From positions 10,313,231 through 10,377,230 of the forward strand of contig MU054187.1 in assembly GCA_013239625.1 (NCBI GenBank): 64,000 nt of DNA, read 5' to 3'. Origin of the DNA: Lama guanicoe (taxonomy: Eukaryota). A program made the position numbers and the translations under genes. Shown piece by piece: positions 24,096-36,837 of the stretch. Each line of letters begins with the position of its first letter. The first letter of the stretch is position 1. The notes under the pieces are model-generated. The model had not been told where the DNA came from. It saw only the letters and a list, made by a program, of their open reading frames with translations, and searched no databases.

Positions 24096-26915
24096 TGGCA
24101 TGAGTAAGGTATTGAGTAAGTAGTTCTTGAAGAATCATAGCCACTTTGGTTTTCCAGCATTGCCAGAATTTATTGCTTTACGCTCTCAGGTCTCTCTTTT
24201 ACTATCACTAAAAAAACACTACCCTAATTTCATGTGGTGGAGAAGATCCTTATTTTTTGCCCACAAGATCACAGTAAATTAACTAACTAGGTCTGCTTCC
24301 AGGAATATGAGGAAATGAGGGAAAAGGAGAGAGAACACAGAGTGATACCTGCCCGGGTCGGAGGCTCATTCACTGACTGATATTAATCACTGAAATGTTT
24401 GACTTGTGTTTAGCCCTTGAAGGCTGCTAACAGTTGTGTATCAATAAATGTTATTTGATGTGAAGTTATTTTCCACACTTGGCTTCCTTCCTTTTCTACG
24501 TATTTTTAACATTCCTTGTAAACGTGTAATTTGATAGTTATCCGAAAAGGTCTTTGTTGTTGTCATCAGATTTTCCTGCTTTTTTTTTTTTCCTGAAACA
24601 CTCAAATTTTCTATTTCCCAAGCCCCTATTATATACCTGGCACCATACAATTGTTATCAGTTTATATAGAAGGAAGACCATTAGCTGCTCTCAGAAAGTA
24701 TGCCAGTCTGCCCTGTGTGTTCTATTTTTTGTTCATGCTCAGAGTCCTGCAAATGATAATCACATATTATTGGATTCAACCAAGACCTACAAAAAATATA
24801 TATATATTTTACAAAAATGTAAGAAATAGGGCTGCTTCATTAATCACTGCCAACACCACCAAGACAAATTACTTAAGGGATAAAAAAATGAGGTGGTTTA
24901 GAATCACTTTGGATGGGCAACAAAAATAATGCTTAATACTATTCTACCCTATCATTCTGCCAAGTTCTTGTTCCCTGAAGAGCTAGACTCGTAGGAAGTA
25001 GTTCCTGGGGAAGTAAGGCAAAATAATCCCAAATCTAAGCTGCATCTCTGTCTTTGGTGATGAGAATGACCTGTAGCTAGTAAAGGGGAGGTAAAACCCC
25101 CATTTTCAATGGTGAGTGTGCTCAGAGACGTTTCTGGTTTTGAAGACGCTCTGCTGGGATGGGCCGGGAGGGCTCCCTGCAGTTTCTCATTGTTTCATCT
25201 TTTCCTTCCGACTTCCAGACACCTGTAATTTGTACATTTGGGACTCAATTATGTAGCAGCCAAAGAGAAAATGGCAACTATTACATTCTTTGCAAAACAA
25301 CAGAAAAGGTATTGCAACATCCTCCAGAAAGTTTCCAGATTCTGTAGGAAAAGGACACTGTCTTTTGCCTCATTTCGTTTGCAGGTGGTGCTTAGGAAAG
25401 TGTGCACACTGGCTCAGCTGAAGCAGGCCTGGTACCTTCCCTGTTGACAAGCACCACACACCGAAACAATATGGACAGGACCATGGCTGAGTGGGGGAGG
25501 GAGGTCCTATGTCACATGGACATGTCAAAATCTGTGAAATATGTTTATCACATGGCCTGGCATCTGTTAGGAGAGTCAGAGTAGACTCCTCCACACCCTT
25601 AGTCCGCACTGCCAGAGACTAAGCTTGGCTTCCTTACCCAGATCTCCAAGGGCCGTGACAAACAACAGGATGTCACGCCGGGACCATGTGTGTCCAGGAG
25701 ACAGAAAAGCAGCTCTCACAGGTTAACTCCTTCTCTGTTTCTCCCAGGAACACTGGGGTCGAAAACTTGGGGATTGTATTACCATCTATAGCCCTTACCT
25801 CCGCCCCCACCCTGTGTCCCCTTAAACTGAGGGCACATTTTAAACATTTCCTCTGGAAGCACTGTATTCAGGGGAACTCTAAAGCAGTGCCCAATTCTTA
25901 GGAGAGGAAGGGAAACAATTCTCTTTCCGGGGTCACACTTATAAATTCTCTACGCTGCTGCTAGAAGGAACAGCTTTGCTTTAAGACCTGGCCATAATCC
26001 AGTTCTATGTGAAGGTTTTCCTCAACTGGTCATTATTGAGCAATAGTAGACTATTTAAAAAGATTTAAGACACTACTTTTCCTCCTCTGCAGAAATAACT
26101 TGCAGGAGAGGAGCTAATTAGGGTTCTTCCAGCCCTAAAATGCAGGAAAGCCATGATTTCCAGACTCAAAGAACGACCCCCTGCAAATTCAAGCAAAGCA
26201 CATGCTGTATGTTCCACAGCAAGCCTTCAGGATAATCAGACGCATGCAGTCCCACACCGCTTTATACGCAGCCCTGTGTCTCCTCATGGAGGGAAAACAC
26301 AAAGCATGCTAACCCACAGAGGGGGCGAAAACGAACTGTGTTGCCCTTCACTGTTTCTCCTTTCAGAAAAACACCCATCACTGTACAGATTGCTACGTTT
26401 GTTCTGCTTATTTTGAGTTGACTCATTTGCATGGCTCAGATTTGAAAATCTTTCAAATAACCACACTGTAGGCTAACAAGCACTAGAAAGAAAAAAAATC
26501 ACACTCAATTCTTAAATTAATCACTGGTGAATTTCTACCCACTGCCCCTGCATACAGTTCTAAAGGGGAAGCCTTAGTTTTCAGGTCACAATTCACATGG
26601 CGCAACAGCATCCTTCCTGCCAAGCATCAACCAAGGCAAATACTGCACATACTGGCCACAGCTACTCCAAAAACAGAATCCCAACCAACACTGGTCCACA
26701 GCTGAGGTCAGCACATCATAAAAAGTATGGGAAACATGACTTGCGCCTGCCGCCTTCTCTCCAAAGAGCCGGGAACTGCACGTACATTTAATTTTAGGAA
26801 AGTGGACAGATTCACGCAGAGATCACAGACCAGAAAAAGCGAAGCGTGCTCAGGAGCAAACCAGCCCCCTCATCCGACTAAAAGTCACGCAGGGCATGAA
26901 CGTCGTTCCACTTAC

Positions 26916-27031
26916 CCGGCATAGCGGTTGCTGTAAAGGTGGCCGTGCCCTGGTTGCAGAATCTTCAAAAAGAGCAAGCAAAGAGGCAGAAGAGCAGCTG
27001 TCCGGCTCCTGGGCTTCCCGAGGAGCTTCAT
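26916..27031 (-). CDS. CPA6: Carboxypeptidase A6, first coding exon (signal peptide and start of prodomain)
   Basis: The minus strand reads [38 protein letters not shown](G). This closely matches the human CPA6 N-terminus as I recall it ([39 protein letters not shown]). The ATG context is gctATGa. The 116-nt coding segment ends in phase 2 at a consensus donor, CGG|gtaagt. The ORF track misses it because it is a short spliced exon. Confidence 0.96.
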
Positions 27032-27400
27032 AGCGGGACGATGAGAGGAGCTGAAAGTTTCTCACCGCAGTCACCCGAGGCTGGAGGTGGCTCCCAGCAC
27101 CCCCTCCACATGCACACGCTGCCTCTGGGAGAGGGTGGGGGAGCGGGGTTGCGAGTGAGCAAAATGTGACACTTCTTTCCAGTCACAGGGGGAAAAAAAA
27201 AGCTTAAGCAGCCGAGGGAGGGAAGTTGCTATTAAGACTTGGTCCTGGGACGAGCAAGCAGCAGCAAACAGCGCCCTGCCCAGCTCAGCAGCTGAGCCTG
27301 GTCCTCAGTCAGGCTCCCCGAGGAGGGGCTGGGCCTGGCCTGCGCTGACTCACCGCACGGGTGTGCGGGTGCTGCTTCACTTGGGTAACTCCTCTTTTTG
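27032..27400 (-). promoter_or_regulatory. CPA6: CPA6 5'UTR and proximal promoter (GC-rich)
   Basis: GC/CpG-rich, non-repetitive sequence immediately 5' of the ATG, with an AP-1 TGACTCA at 27346-27352. The TSS cannot be fixed from sequence alone. Confidence 0.7.
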
Positions 27401-27834
27401 TTTTTTCGTTTTGTGTTTTTGTTTTTGTTTGCTGTCCCACTTCAGGCCCCTAAATTTCTTTGGACAAACTTTCTCCTTCCGTTACCCTCCAGAGCAGAGG
27501 ACCCTATCCTAATTGCAAAAGATTTGTTTGAGGATGAGCTAAACACAGGCATAGAGCATTCCAGGCTTAATGTTTTGATCAACCATGGCAAATTTCTTTG
27601 CGGATTCCACATCCCCTGAAATGCACAGTAAATAGTCTCGAGGAGTATGTCCACAGGGGCGAGCTGGGGCCCCTGGGTGTGGGTGGACGGCCAGCCCAGG
27701 TCCCTGCTCCTCCCTGCACCAGGAAGGGGCAGCGCTGCCCGGGGCTCCGGGGACATCCTGTGCTCGCTCCACGTCGTCAGCAGTGCTCAGACCTGGGGCC
27801 ACTGCAAAGGTTCTCGTAGGGAACAGGAGGCCTC

Positions 27835-28139
27835 TGGGTGCTCAACCTCCTTCGCCGCACTTTCGGAATCACTTAGGGAGCCAGGCCATTTAAATCAGAA
27901 CTCCCGGGGGTGGGGTCAGTTGTTTAAAAAGCTCCTCAGGTGATTCCAGGTTCAGCCACCACCACCGTGCTGGCCTAGCGCGAGGCTTCTCAAACCCCAT
28001 CGTGCATACGGGTCACCTGCGGAGCTTGTTAAGCGTGCAGGTTCTGAGGCAGTGGGCTGGGGCTGGGGCCGGAGGTCCCGCGAGTCTGACGAGCTGCCAG
28101 CTGACACTCCGATTGCTGGTCTTACAGTCACACTTTGAG
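27835..28139. mobile_element. Tandem MER5A/MER5A1 remnants upstream of CPA6
   Basis: ggaatcacttagggag...aaatcagaactc...caggtgattc, and cttctcaaac...tcacctg...cttgttaa...cacactttgag. Confidence 0.7.
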
Positions 28140-28269
28140 GAGGAAGGCTCTTCTTTAGAACGAGGTCTGCTTTTTCCCCTTTCTCTAAGAACTAGGGGTT
28201 GGAGGGCAACTTCGGAGCAAAACCAGTTCCTTCTTGTTTTTCCCACGTTGGTGAAGCAGGCCTTTTTTT

Positions 28270-28376
28270 TTTAAATTGCAGAATAGTCAGTTTACAATGT
28301 TGTGTCAATTTCTGGTGGGCAGTATAATGTTTCAATCATACATATATATACATATATATATTCCTTTTCATATTCA
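28270..28376 (-). mobile_element. Short L1 3'-end insertion with TSD
   Basis: L1 tail gtcagtttacaatgttgtgtcaatttctgg, flanked by aagcaggc(c/t)tttttt at about 28254 and 28377. Confidence 0.8.
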
Positions 28377-30928
28377 AAGCAGGCTTTTTTTGCATTCACT
28401 TGCTTCTACCCCAGTACACCAGGTTACCCGTCTTAGGGGGAGGGGGATGTGCTTTGCTCTCGCAAAGAAGAGCACTGCTATCGAGGGCGCCTCCGGCTAT
28501 CCCCCATGCCGAGGCCTGCTCGCGCGCTGGAAGGGAGTGAGCCACGTCTCTCTGTCACCCGCACTCATTTACTTCTCAAATCTCCTGAAGAGGCATGACC
28601 AAGGACTCCTGTACCCTCCAACCTTGTAGCCAGAGCCCCTGGGAGAAGAGAACGCGCCAAATCTGTCTCTGTGTTCCCTACCTCGGCAGCTGAACTGAAC
28701 CCATAGGAGTCTGGTCCGTAACAGCTGAAATGGTTTTCATCTGAGATGACTCTCTGACATTTTCTCCAACTACGCAGGGTCCTTAGTTCATCCCTTCTCC
28801 GTGCTTTCCTCCCCCACACCTGGGTGTCCTCGGCTGCAGGGCAGAGCGCCTGGAAAGTGAGCGTCGGTCTGGTTTCCTCGCGCGGCTGCCTTCTCCTTGA
28901 AGGCAGAGCATAGTTCCTTTCTCACTCGTATGGCTGCCTTTTCTCTCCTGGAGGGAACACAGTGTTCACTGAGGAATGATCAACAGGGTTTGTTGAGTAA
29001 GCGATGAACCTGGGAAGGGACTCATTCAACAAGCATTCACGGCGTGGCCTCTGAGTCCAGAGAGAGGAGAGGCCCCCGGGGAAGCCGAGAGCTGTGCCGC
29101 TGAGGTCTCCTGCTTTTGCTTCTTACTCGTTTGTGGTGGTGATTTCTTCCTTCCTGATTTCACAGCCCGGCACTTTGGTCTCTGTGACCTGGTGAGGTCG
29201 CTCCCGGGGCTCGCAGCGACGCTTCCTGGGGCCTTTCGGAGGAGGCCAAGAAAGCCTATGCAACAGCCAGTGAGCCGTGGAAATCAGAGGTTACTGTGTA
29301 AATAAAACGCTTCATCTCTTTGCATTTCGTTTTGTCAGAACAATGTATAAATCTGTCATATTATATCACAACATTAAACTAGGAATGTTCCGTCTCCGAC
29401 TGGGGATTAAGCTCATCCTCAAATCATTCTGAAGGATTGGACCCAGTGAAAATGTTCAGCAAAGGCTGTCCAGACCTGGAGACCAAGGTAACAATTTCCT
29501 GGGCCATCAAAAAATGCAAAACACCCTGGAGACATCCTATAACCTTCCTAAAAGTTTCAGATCAAAGGGAGGTTCTCAAACAATAGAAACCATTCCTAAC
29601 TATCTTCGTCTGCTTTTCTAAGGACCAGGTTATCTGATCAGACTTCCCTTGGAGCAGATAAGCACCCATAAAATGAGTGATGAATGGAGTCCACTTAGCC
29701 AGTGGGAGGAGAAGAGAATGGTTCTACAGATGGATTCAAAGATAAAGGTCTCGTTTTTAAGGCACCAAGAGGGAGTGAATTATTAAACCAATTAGAGATT
29801 TGGAGATGGAAAGATGAGAAATTCTATTTATTGGCTATGACTTCATCATATTTTAGTAGAAGAATGAACTTTATTAAAAGAAATATTAGCCTGCAGAGAA
29901 AAAAAAAGCAAACTACAATAGAGAAAAGGAAAAGTGTCATCCTTGATTTGGGTCCATTGTTGCTGATGATAAGATAATTTTCAATGTCTCTTCCAGAGCT
30001 GGAATTCAAGAGGATCTGGGTCTGGAAGAGATGGAAGAATTTGGCTGAATAGGGCTGGGGAGGCTGGGTGGAGGTGGTCCTTGTTATTAAGGAAACATTG
30101 CAAACAAACACAGAGGACGCGGTCCCTAATTCTGTGACACTTTGTGCAGGTGGAGGGGCTGGCCACATAAACACATCATTACACTAGGTGGTCCAATTAA
30201 TTATTTAGAAACAAATCACAAATGCTGTGGTCAGAAGTTAAGAGGGAATGGATCGTGTGTGTAGGGTGTCCTGAGGAAGTGAACATATAAGCAAAATATG
30301 AGAAGGAGCCACTGTACCAAGAAAAAGGGAGCAGTGTGGAGGGAGTGAGGGGTGGGGACAAGACCTTGCAGGCACAGGGAACAGCACATGCAACGAAGGC
30401 TTGTTCAGAATTCACTGTCCTTCCTTCAGTGAAGATGGGATGAACAGTGACATTCATGCTGCTCGGTTTGGCATTTAAGACCCTGAAAAAGTTTTTGATT
30501 TTTATCTTTGTCAGTATTCCCTGGATAATCTCTTTCTTTTCCTTCCTCTGCGTTTCCCTTCCTCTGTCCTTGGCCATGTCCTTCATGGATGAGGAGTGTT
30601 GCTCACTGAGATGAAAGAGCAATTTGAAGAGCAAGTGTAATTGATGGACAAGCCTGTTATTCTATTTTAGGTTGTTGTAATTATGTTACAAAGATGTTTT
30701 ATAGAATTTATACAGTAAAACCAAAGTGTTTTAATGTAGGAAGGATAGAATGAGGAGCTTTACTTGCTGATTCCAAGCAGCAGAGGAGGCTTCCCCACCT
30801 TTTCCATCTCTGCTTTTCCTTCTTCTCCCTCCTTCTCTGCCATTCTCCTTTCCTCCTTCCTGATACCCTTCCTTCCTGATACCTGTCTCCAAGGTGATTA
30901 TGAAGAAATAAGGTAGAGAAAACATAGT

Positions 30929-31045
30929 GGGGGGAGGGTACATCTCAGTGGTAGAGCATGTGCTTAGTATGCACAGGGTCCTGGGTCCAATCCCCAGTAG
31001 CTCCATTAAAAAAAACTAAGAAACTTCATTACCTCCCCTGTCCAA
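30929..31045 (+). mobile_element. Vic-1-type tRNA-Ala-derived SINE (long form)
   Basis: ggggagggtacatctcagtggtagagcatgtgcttagtatgcacagggtcctgggtccaatccccagt, then an A-run and attacctcccc tail. The TSD aaaacata(g/a)t is imperfect. Confidence 0.88.
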
Positions 31046-32039
31046 AAAACATAATAGATGTGAGTACCTTAGAGATTGCCATTTCAAAATGACAAACAAA
31101 TGATGTTTGTGTTATGCCATTTGTGGCACTGTTTTACTGAAAATCAAAAGAAATTTGAGATGGATGGAGTATGAGGCCGAGATTAAGACAGTTTGATTAG
31201 AATAAAGTCAAAAACAGTAATGAACAAGGGATTGATGCCAACGACTGTCCAATCTGTTTGCCTCCGGCAGTGAGAGATGATGGGAAAAATGACAAAAACA
31301 AGTAAGAATGGAAACATGGAACAATGGAAAAGATTCAGTTTTAAACAGAACTTTTACAAAAAGGACTAAGGGTAGAGGGGATGAATTTCAGGTGTAGCCA
31401 AGATCAAAGAATAGGTGATGGAACTTGTCTTAAGAAAGAAAGGCTGCCGTGAGGAATGAGGGAAGTCAGGCAGCCCTGCTTCCCCTTCAGACAGAATAGA
31501 CACGCCACGGGGGAGGGAACTTGTCTCGGTGCTGAAGGACAGGGAAAGGGACAGAGCAGAAAAATAAAGGCGCTCTGTTCCAATTGGCTTATAGAGATAA
31601 ATAAGTGTCCTTTCAATGTCCCTAAAATTCCAAGAAAATAGGGAACTTGAACTAATAATGCTTTCAATATGCTACAAATTTTTTTAGAAAATACTCTTGC
31701 AGAAAGTACTTGCAGTAACTCAGAAACATTTTAAGAATCCGAGTTCACACAATTAAAGTAAATCTTTGGCAAGTAAGACTAGTTGTGTAATTCTGGTATA
31801 ATAAAAAACAGCAGTATTCTCTCTGATTTATCATTGTTAAGTATAACGTAAAGGCATGTTTTAAAATTCTATTTGGACACACTTTGTCTCAACTTATACA
31901 GGTGTACTGATTGGTTATGAAAAATGTCAACTTGTGTAAACTAAATTGAATCATTATTTTGACACTTTATTTCAATAGGAATCATGTTTTGTAGTATGTC
32001 AGCTTGTAGATAATTTCCAAGGTCTTTAGGAAGCTTAAC

Positions 32040-33090
32040 AAAATGGCAAATAAACCAGCTGGAAAATGGGCAAAGGATCTGAATAGACATTTCGATAATG
32101 TCTAGAATATACAAATGGCCAAAAAATACATAAAAAGATGCTTGACATCATTAGTTATTAAGGAATTGCAGATGAAACTGCAACAAGTGTAGCACAGGGA
32201 ACTGTATTCAAATTCTTGTATATGGAAAAGAATCTGAAAAAAAAAAGTGTGTACATGTATAACTGAATCACTTTGCTGTACTCCTGAAACTAACACTGTA
32301 AATCAACTACAGTTAAAAAAAATAGGATATGGTGGATTAAAAAAACCCCAAAACCTCACAATGAGGTACCACTTCATGTGCACCAAGATGGCTACAGTCA
32401 AAGACACAATAATGAGTATTGGTGAGAATATAGAGAAATTGGAACCCTCAGACACTGCTGGTATGAATGTAAAGTAATGCAGCTGCTGTGGAAAACAGTT
32501 CTGTCATTCTACAAAAATTAAATATAGAGTTACCCTGTGATCTAGAAATTCCACTCCTAGGTTCCACTCAAGAAAATTCAAAACATATGTTCACACCAAG
32601 ACTTGTAAGCAAATGGTCATAGCAGCATTATTCATAGCAGCCAAAACGTGGAGGCAACGCATATGTCCATCAACTAATGAACAGCTAAACAAAATGTGGT
32701 CTATCTACAATGGAATATTATTTGGCCCTAAAAGGCATGAAATACTGATACGTGCTGCAGCCTGGATGAACTTTGAAAACATTATGCTGAGTGAAAGAAG
32801 CCAGACACAAAAGGCCATGTGTTGTATATTTCTATTTATATGAAACTTCCAGAAGAGGTAAAACATAGAGACATAAGTATATGAGCAGTTGCTGGGAGTA
32901 GGGGAAAGGGAGTTCCAGAGAGTGACTGCCGATGGGGTGGGTTTTCTTTTTGGGATGATGAAAATATTCTGAAACTGGGTAACGGTAATGGTTGTACAAT
33001 CTTGTGAGTATACTAAAAACTACTAAATTGTACATATTAAAAAGGTGAATTTTATGGTATGTGAATTACGGCTCAGTTAAAAAAAAAAAG
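32040..33090 (+). mobile_element. L1MB-like 3' end with a nested younger L1 tail at about 32188-32345
   Basis: aaaatgggcaaaggatctgaatagacattt...gaaaacattatgctgagtgaaagaagccagacacaaaagg...poly-A. The nested segment is agcacagggaact...aatcaactac. Confidence 0.88.
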
Positions 33091-33611
33091 AACTCTAGGG
33101 AATTTGAAACCTTAGACTGATTAAATAGAGCCGATTAATGGATAATCATTGGATACCTAAATTATTTCAAAGTAAGATAGACCATTGAAACACTGATTCC
33201 CTAAGCACAATGTTGTGTTTATATGCTTTTGCTTTTAATGTGCTACATACAGATAGGCTACATCTTTCATTAATTTTTGCCACTTTCAGAAGGTATGTAA
33301 AGTTGTAGCAAGTGTGTGTCTTTAGAAAGTTGTTTTATACATATTTATGAGTTCTTCTTGTGGCTAAAATGCTGATTGGTAACAGGCAATTCTCCATTAT
33401 CCTCAGTAAAGTCTTCTCTGTGAAATAGAAGTTAGTTACTTTGATTTGGTTTAAAGTTACAATTAACATTGGTATTTGAGACCATACTAGGAGCAATAGT
33501 GACAAAGAAAGTATGACTACATATGTGCTTCTATTTTTCAAGTCAAAGAATAGTTTTCCCCTAAAATAGTACTTTTCTGTTGTTTTTCCTTTCCACTTTT
33601 CTTTTTTTGTT

Positions 33612-33790
33612 CTTCAGACCCATTTACACACTTAAATCTTGTTGAGGACTCCAAAGAGTTTGTTTATGCGGGTCGTAGCTACTGATACAGACTGGATTGG
33701 AAATTGAAACTGAGAACTTTTAAAAATGCTTATTTACTGATTCATTTGAAGGTAGGAATGATGAAAGCGTTGTATGCTAATAACATCTTC
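33612..33790. mobile_element. Arthur1-like hAT-Tip100 DNA transposon fragment
   Basis: cagacccatttacacacttaaatcttgttgaggactccaaagagtttgtttatg...gaaattgaaactgagaac. Confidence 0.6.
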
Positions 33791-36188
33791 TGAAATTAGT
33801 TCTTGTGCCCTTGCAAGATTTATCCTAGAGTGCCAGTATGTTCCAGAAAATGAATAGGCACAATGAAAGGCAAAGCTTGGAATGTAAATTTTATTTGCTT
33901 TGGTTTATTATACCTGAGTCTGAAAAGCTATGGAATGTGTTAATAGCTTAGCAAAGTTTGCTCAATGTGGATGGAATTGCTTCCTTGGTTTACCATTTAT
34001 TGCTTTCGCTTAACAATTTGAAGGGTCAGTGTCAGCCACCTACACAGCAAAGACTGTCTTATCAGAGTGACTTTCTGTGCTTTATGTCGCCTTTGTTACA
34101 TCCTGGATTATTTAAGCAAACAACAACAAACAAGAACAAAGTACTTCTCACTTCTGAAAGAGCTAACATTTTTACAATTATGTTACCTTCAATGTTTATT
34201 TTTAATTTTTTTGTCACTTCAATTAAATAGGTAACAAGTATTATTTCTCTGGCACCTACTTGATTAAGCTTCTGCATCTCCTCTGATATTTTTAATTTTA
34301 TCTTCCCAGAATCAGACCCTCAGTATAGAACAAAAAATTAAGTAAAACTTTCAGGATAGCTTCTGCACCTTGAAGTTCTATTTATGATTTCCCAGAGGGT
34401 GCCTGCAAAATCACAAAGATTTGTTCTTTCGCCCTGTAAAGTACTAGAAATAATTAGGTTTTTTTTAAAAAATCTATATTCCTATTGATGCATTGCATGA
34501 AAAGAGCTGTCAAATCTATAGAGACGTGTATCCTTCCTTAGGGAAAAAATTATAAGGAAAATATTATTAATACAAATATTTCAGAAACTGAATCCTGTAT
34601 GAGAAGTTCCTGGGGATTTTCGAAGCCCTTGTGGTCCATGGCTTGTGTCCATCTCTCAGAGCACAGTATTGATGGATAACATTAGGCGTCAACAGTAAAG
34701 TGTTGTTAGTCATAAATTTCAGTTATTATTTAAAATGCTGATTAACCACAAGCTTATTCTTCATTTGAATCTGACATCTTCCAGGCCAGTGGTTGTCACT
34801 TGGGGATGTACATCAGATGCATGCATGAGGTTTTATAAAAATAAAGATGTCTGGACTCTACTCCAGGCTTAGTAAATCTCTTTTCTTGGTAATCTTGGGA
34901 TATCTCAGCATATGTTTGCATATTGCTTTTATGTTATGTGTATTTATGTCTCAGGATCGTTATGTTGCTTATTAAAGTTATTTCCTCTGCAAAAAGGATG
35001 TTCATCTAATTTTATAAATTAGATGTAACATTTCACTAACTGCTTTGAAAATAGGCTTAATCGTGGGCTTTAACAGACCTTTTACCTAAGCTTTTTGACA
35101 TGGCTCTATTAACTTGTTTTTCACGCCACGTGTACAACCAAATTTGCATGTCAGTTCCACCATCTTTGTCATGCACACTCACCAGAACTTTCACATTGGA
35201 AAATTATCAGTAATAAACGAACCACAGCTATCTGAATCTATGTCATCTACTGATAGTTTCTGTATTATTCTGATGCTTGTCTGCTGTAGGTATGACCATT
35301 TGAAAAGTCACTAACAGTGGCAGAAAAGAGTGACTGTGATTATCCTTCCTCTTTCAAATCAGAACCTGGACAGTCTTCTCCCAGCTTCTGCCCTGACCAC
35401 CCTCATTGTCTGGTTCTACGCTGATCCCTTTCCTTTCCTTGCCCCAAAGTTTACCAAGTTAACTGGCCTTCTTATTCCTTTTCTCTCTTGTTTGGGGCTG
35501 TCTTCTTTTTCTTTCTTTCTTTCTTTCTTTTTTTTCTTCTAATCTCTCCTGTTCCCAATGACAAGTTCTTTATTGTTTTATCTCCCCCTTATCTCAGATC
35601 AGGGATCTCTTTATTTTTTTCCTCAGGTCTTTCTTTTCCAATTGCCACCCCACTTCCAAACCATCAGCACCCCTCTTCTAACCTCTGAATCCTCCTATCC
35701 AGAAAGGGCACTTCCATCTAATATCCCCCCTGATTTCGTCCACATTTCCTTCTGCATAAGCTCTTTATTGCATATAAGCAAACTCTTTGTCCAGATTGCA
35801 TTTCCAACTCCATTTTACCTGCTTGCTGGACCAGAAAACACTCACACAGTCTTACTGAAACTGTTTCCTACTTGCTCCATGAACACGGGATTCCCGAGCT
35901 GAAAATCAACCCAGTGATCCCCTAAGTGCTTTAAGTGCTTTTCTGAATTAAAGGAAAGCATCAAATATCCAACCAGAACTTCAACACAAAAGTTAACAGC
36001 TGGCGTACAAAGAATCTCCTACAGCCTCTTTTTATCTGAGTGAGGCCTTCTTTATTGAACTTTATTTGAAATATGCAACTTGGCCTTAAACTCACAGCTG
36101 CAATATTTCTAGGAGGGAGAGAAATACAGTCCGGATAGGGTTACACCAGCTACAGAAGGAATAAAACCCATCTGTGATCTTAATTCTT

Positions 36189-36364
36189 TTTTTTAATTGA
36201 AGTATTGTTGATTTGCAATGTTGTCTGAGTTTCTGGTGTACAGCAGAGTGATTCAGTTACACATATACACGTATTCTTTTTATTATTACAAGCGACTGAA
36301 TATAGTTCCCTGTGCTATACAGTAGGACCTTGTTGTTTATCTAGTCTGTGTGCAGTAATTTGCA
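36189..36364 (-). mobile_element. Truncated L1 3' end with TSD
   Basis: Flanked by tgtgatcttaattctt (36173-36188) and tgtgatcttcattctt (36365-36380). Confidence 0.85.
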
Positions 36365-36837
36365 TGTGATCTTCATTCTTCAGGCAGTCTGAAGTCGTGT
36401 AGGAGTCATTTTTAGCATTGCTTGGGAAACATCCCTACAAATTGTCACTGGGGCTGAGGGTGACACTTCACTGGCTTTTCAGTCTGTGCATCCTGGTCTC
36501 GTCACCATTTGGAGGCATAAGTCTCCTCCTGAGAGACATTTTCTTTACCTCTGTCTGACACTTGCTGAGTAGAAACAAATAGCTACTTAATTTTGTTATA
36601 TGGACCAAAAGTTTCGGTGCACCAAATGTAACTTGTAATGAAAATTTTTCTTCAAATGTAATTACGTTTGCCAGCACAACCCACGAATGACGAGCACTCA
36701 GTTTACAATTATGCTGTCCACATAATTTGTTAGTTGCACACTGATTTCCACCCTCTTCTTCCCCCCAAACCCTCTCTCTTCCCACAAGCTTACTCAACTT
36801 AATTTATTCTGAAAAAGCTGGGCATTGTTCGAAACTA

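Larger units (their letters stand above)
1..26915 (-). other. CPA6: CPA6 intron 1 (partial, continues beyond the window start)
   Basis: Begins at the GTAAGT donor at 26915 on the minus strand. I found no sequence encoding the expected next residues (DKVIRFIPK...) in 1-26915. Confidence 0.85.

Noticed and set aside
26850..27074. 74-aa minus-strand ORF over CPA6 exon 1
   Set aside because: It is in a different frame from the true exon, has a non-ATG start and matches no product I recognise.
33090..35330. AT-rich stretch that might be a decayed ERV internal region
   Set aside because: I could not recognise gag, pol or env peptides or paired LTRs. A RepeatMasker run would be needed.
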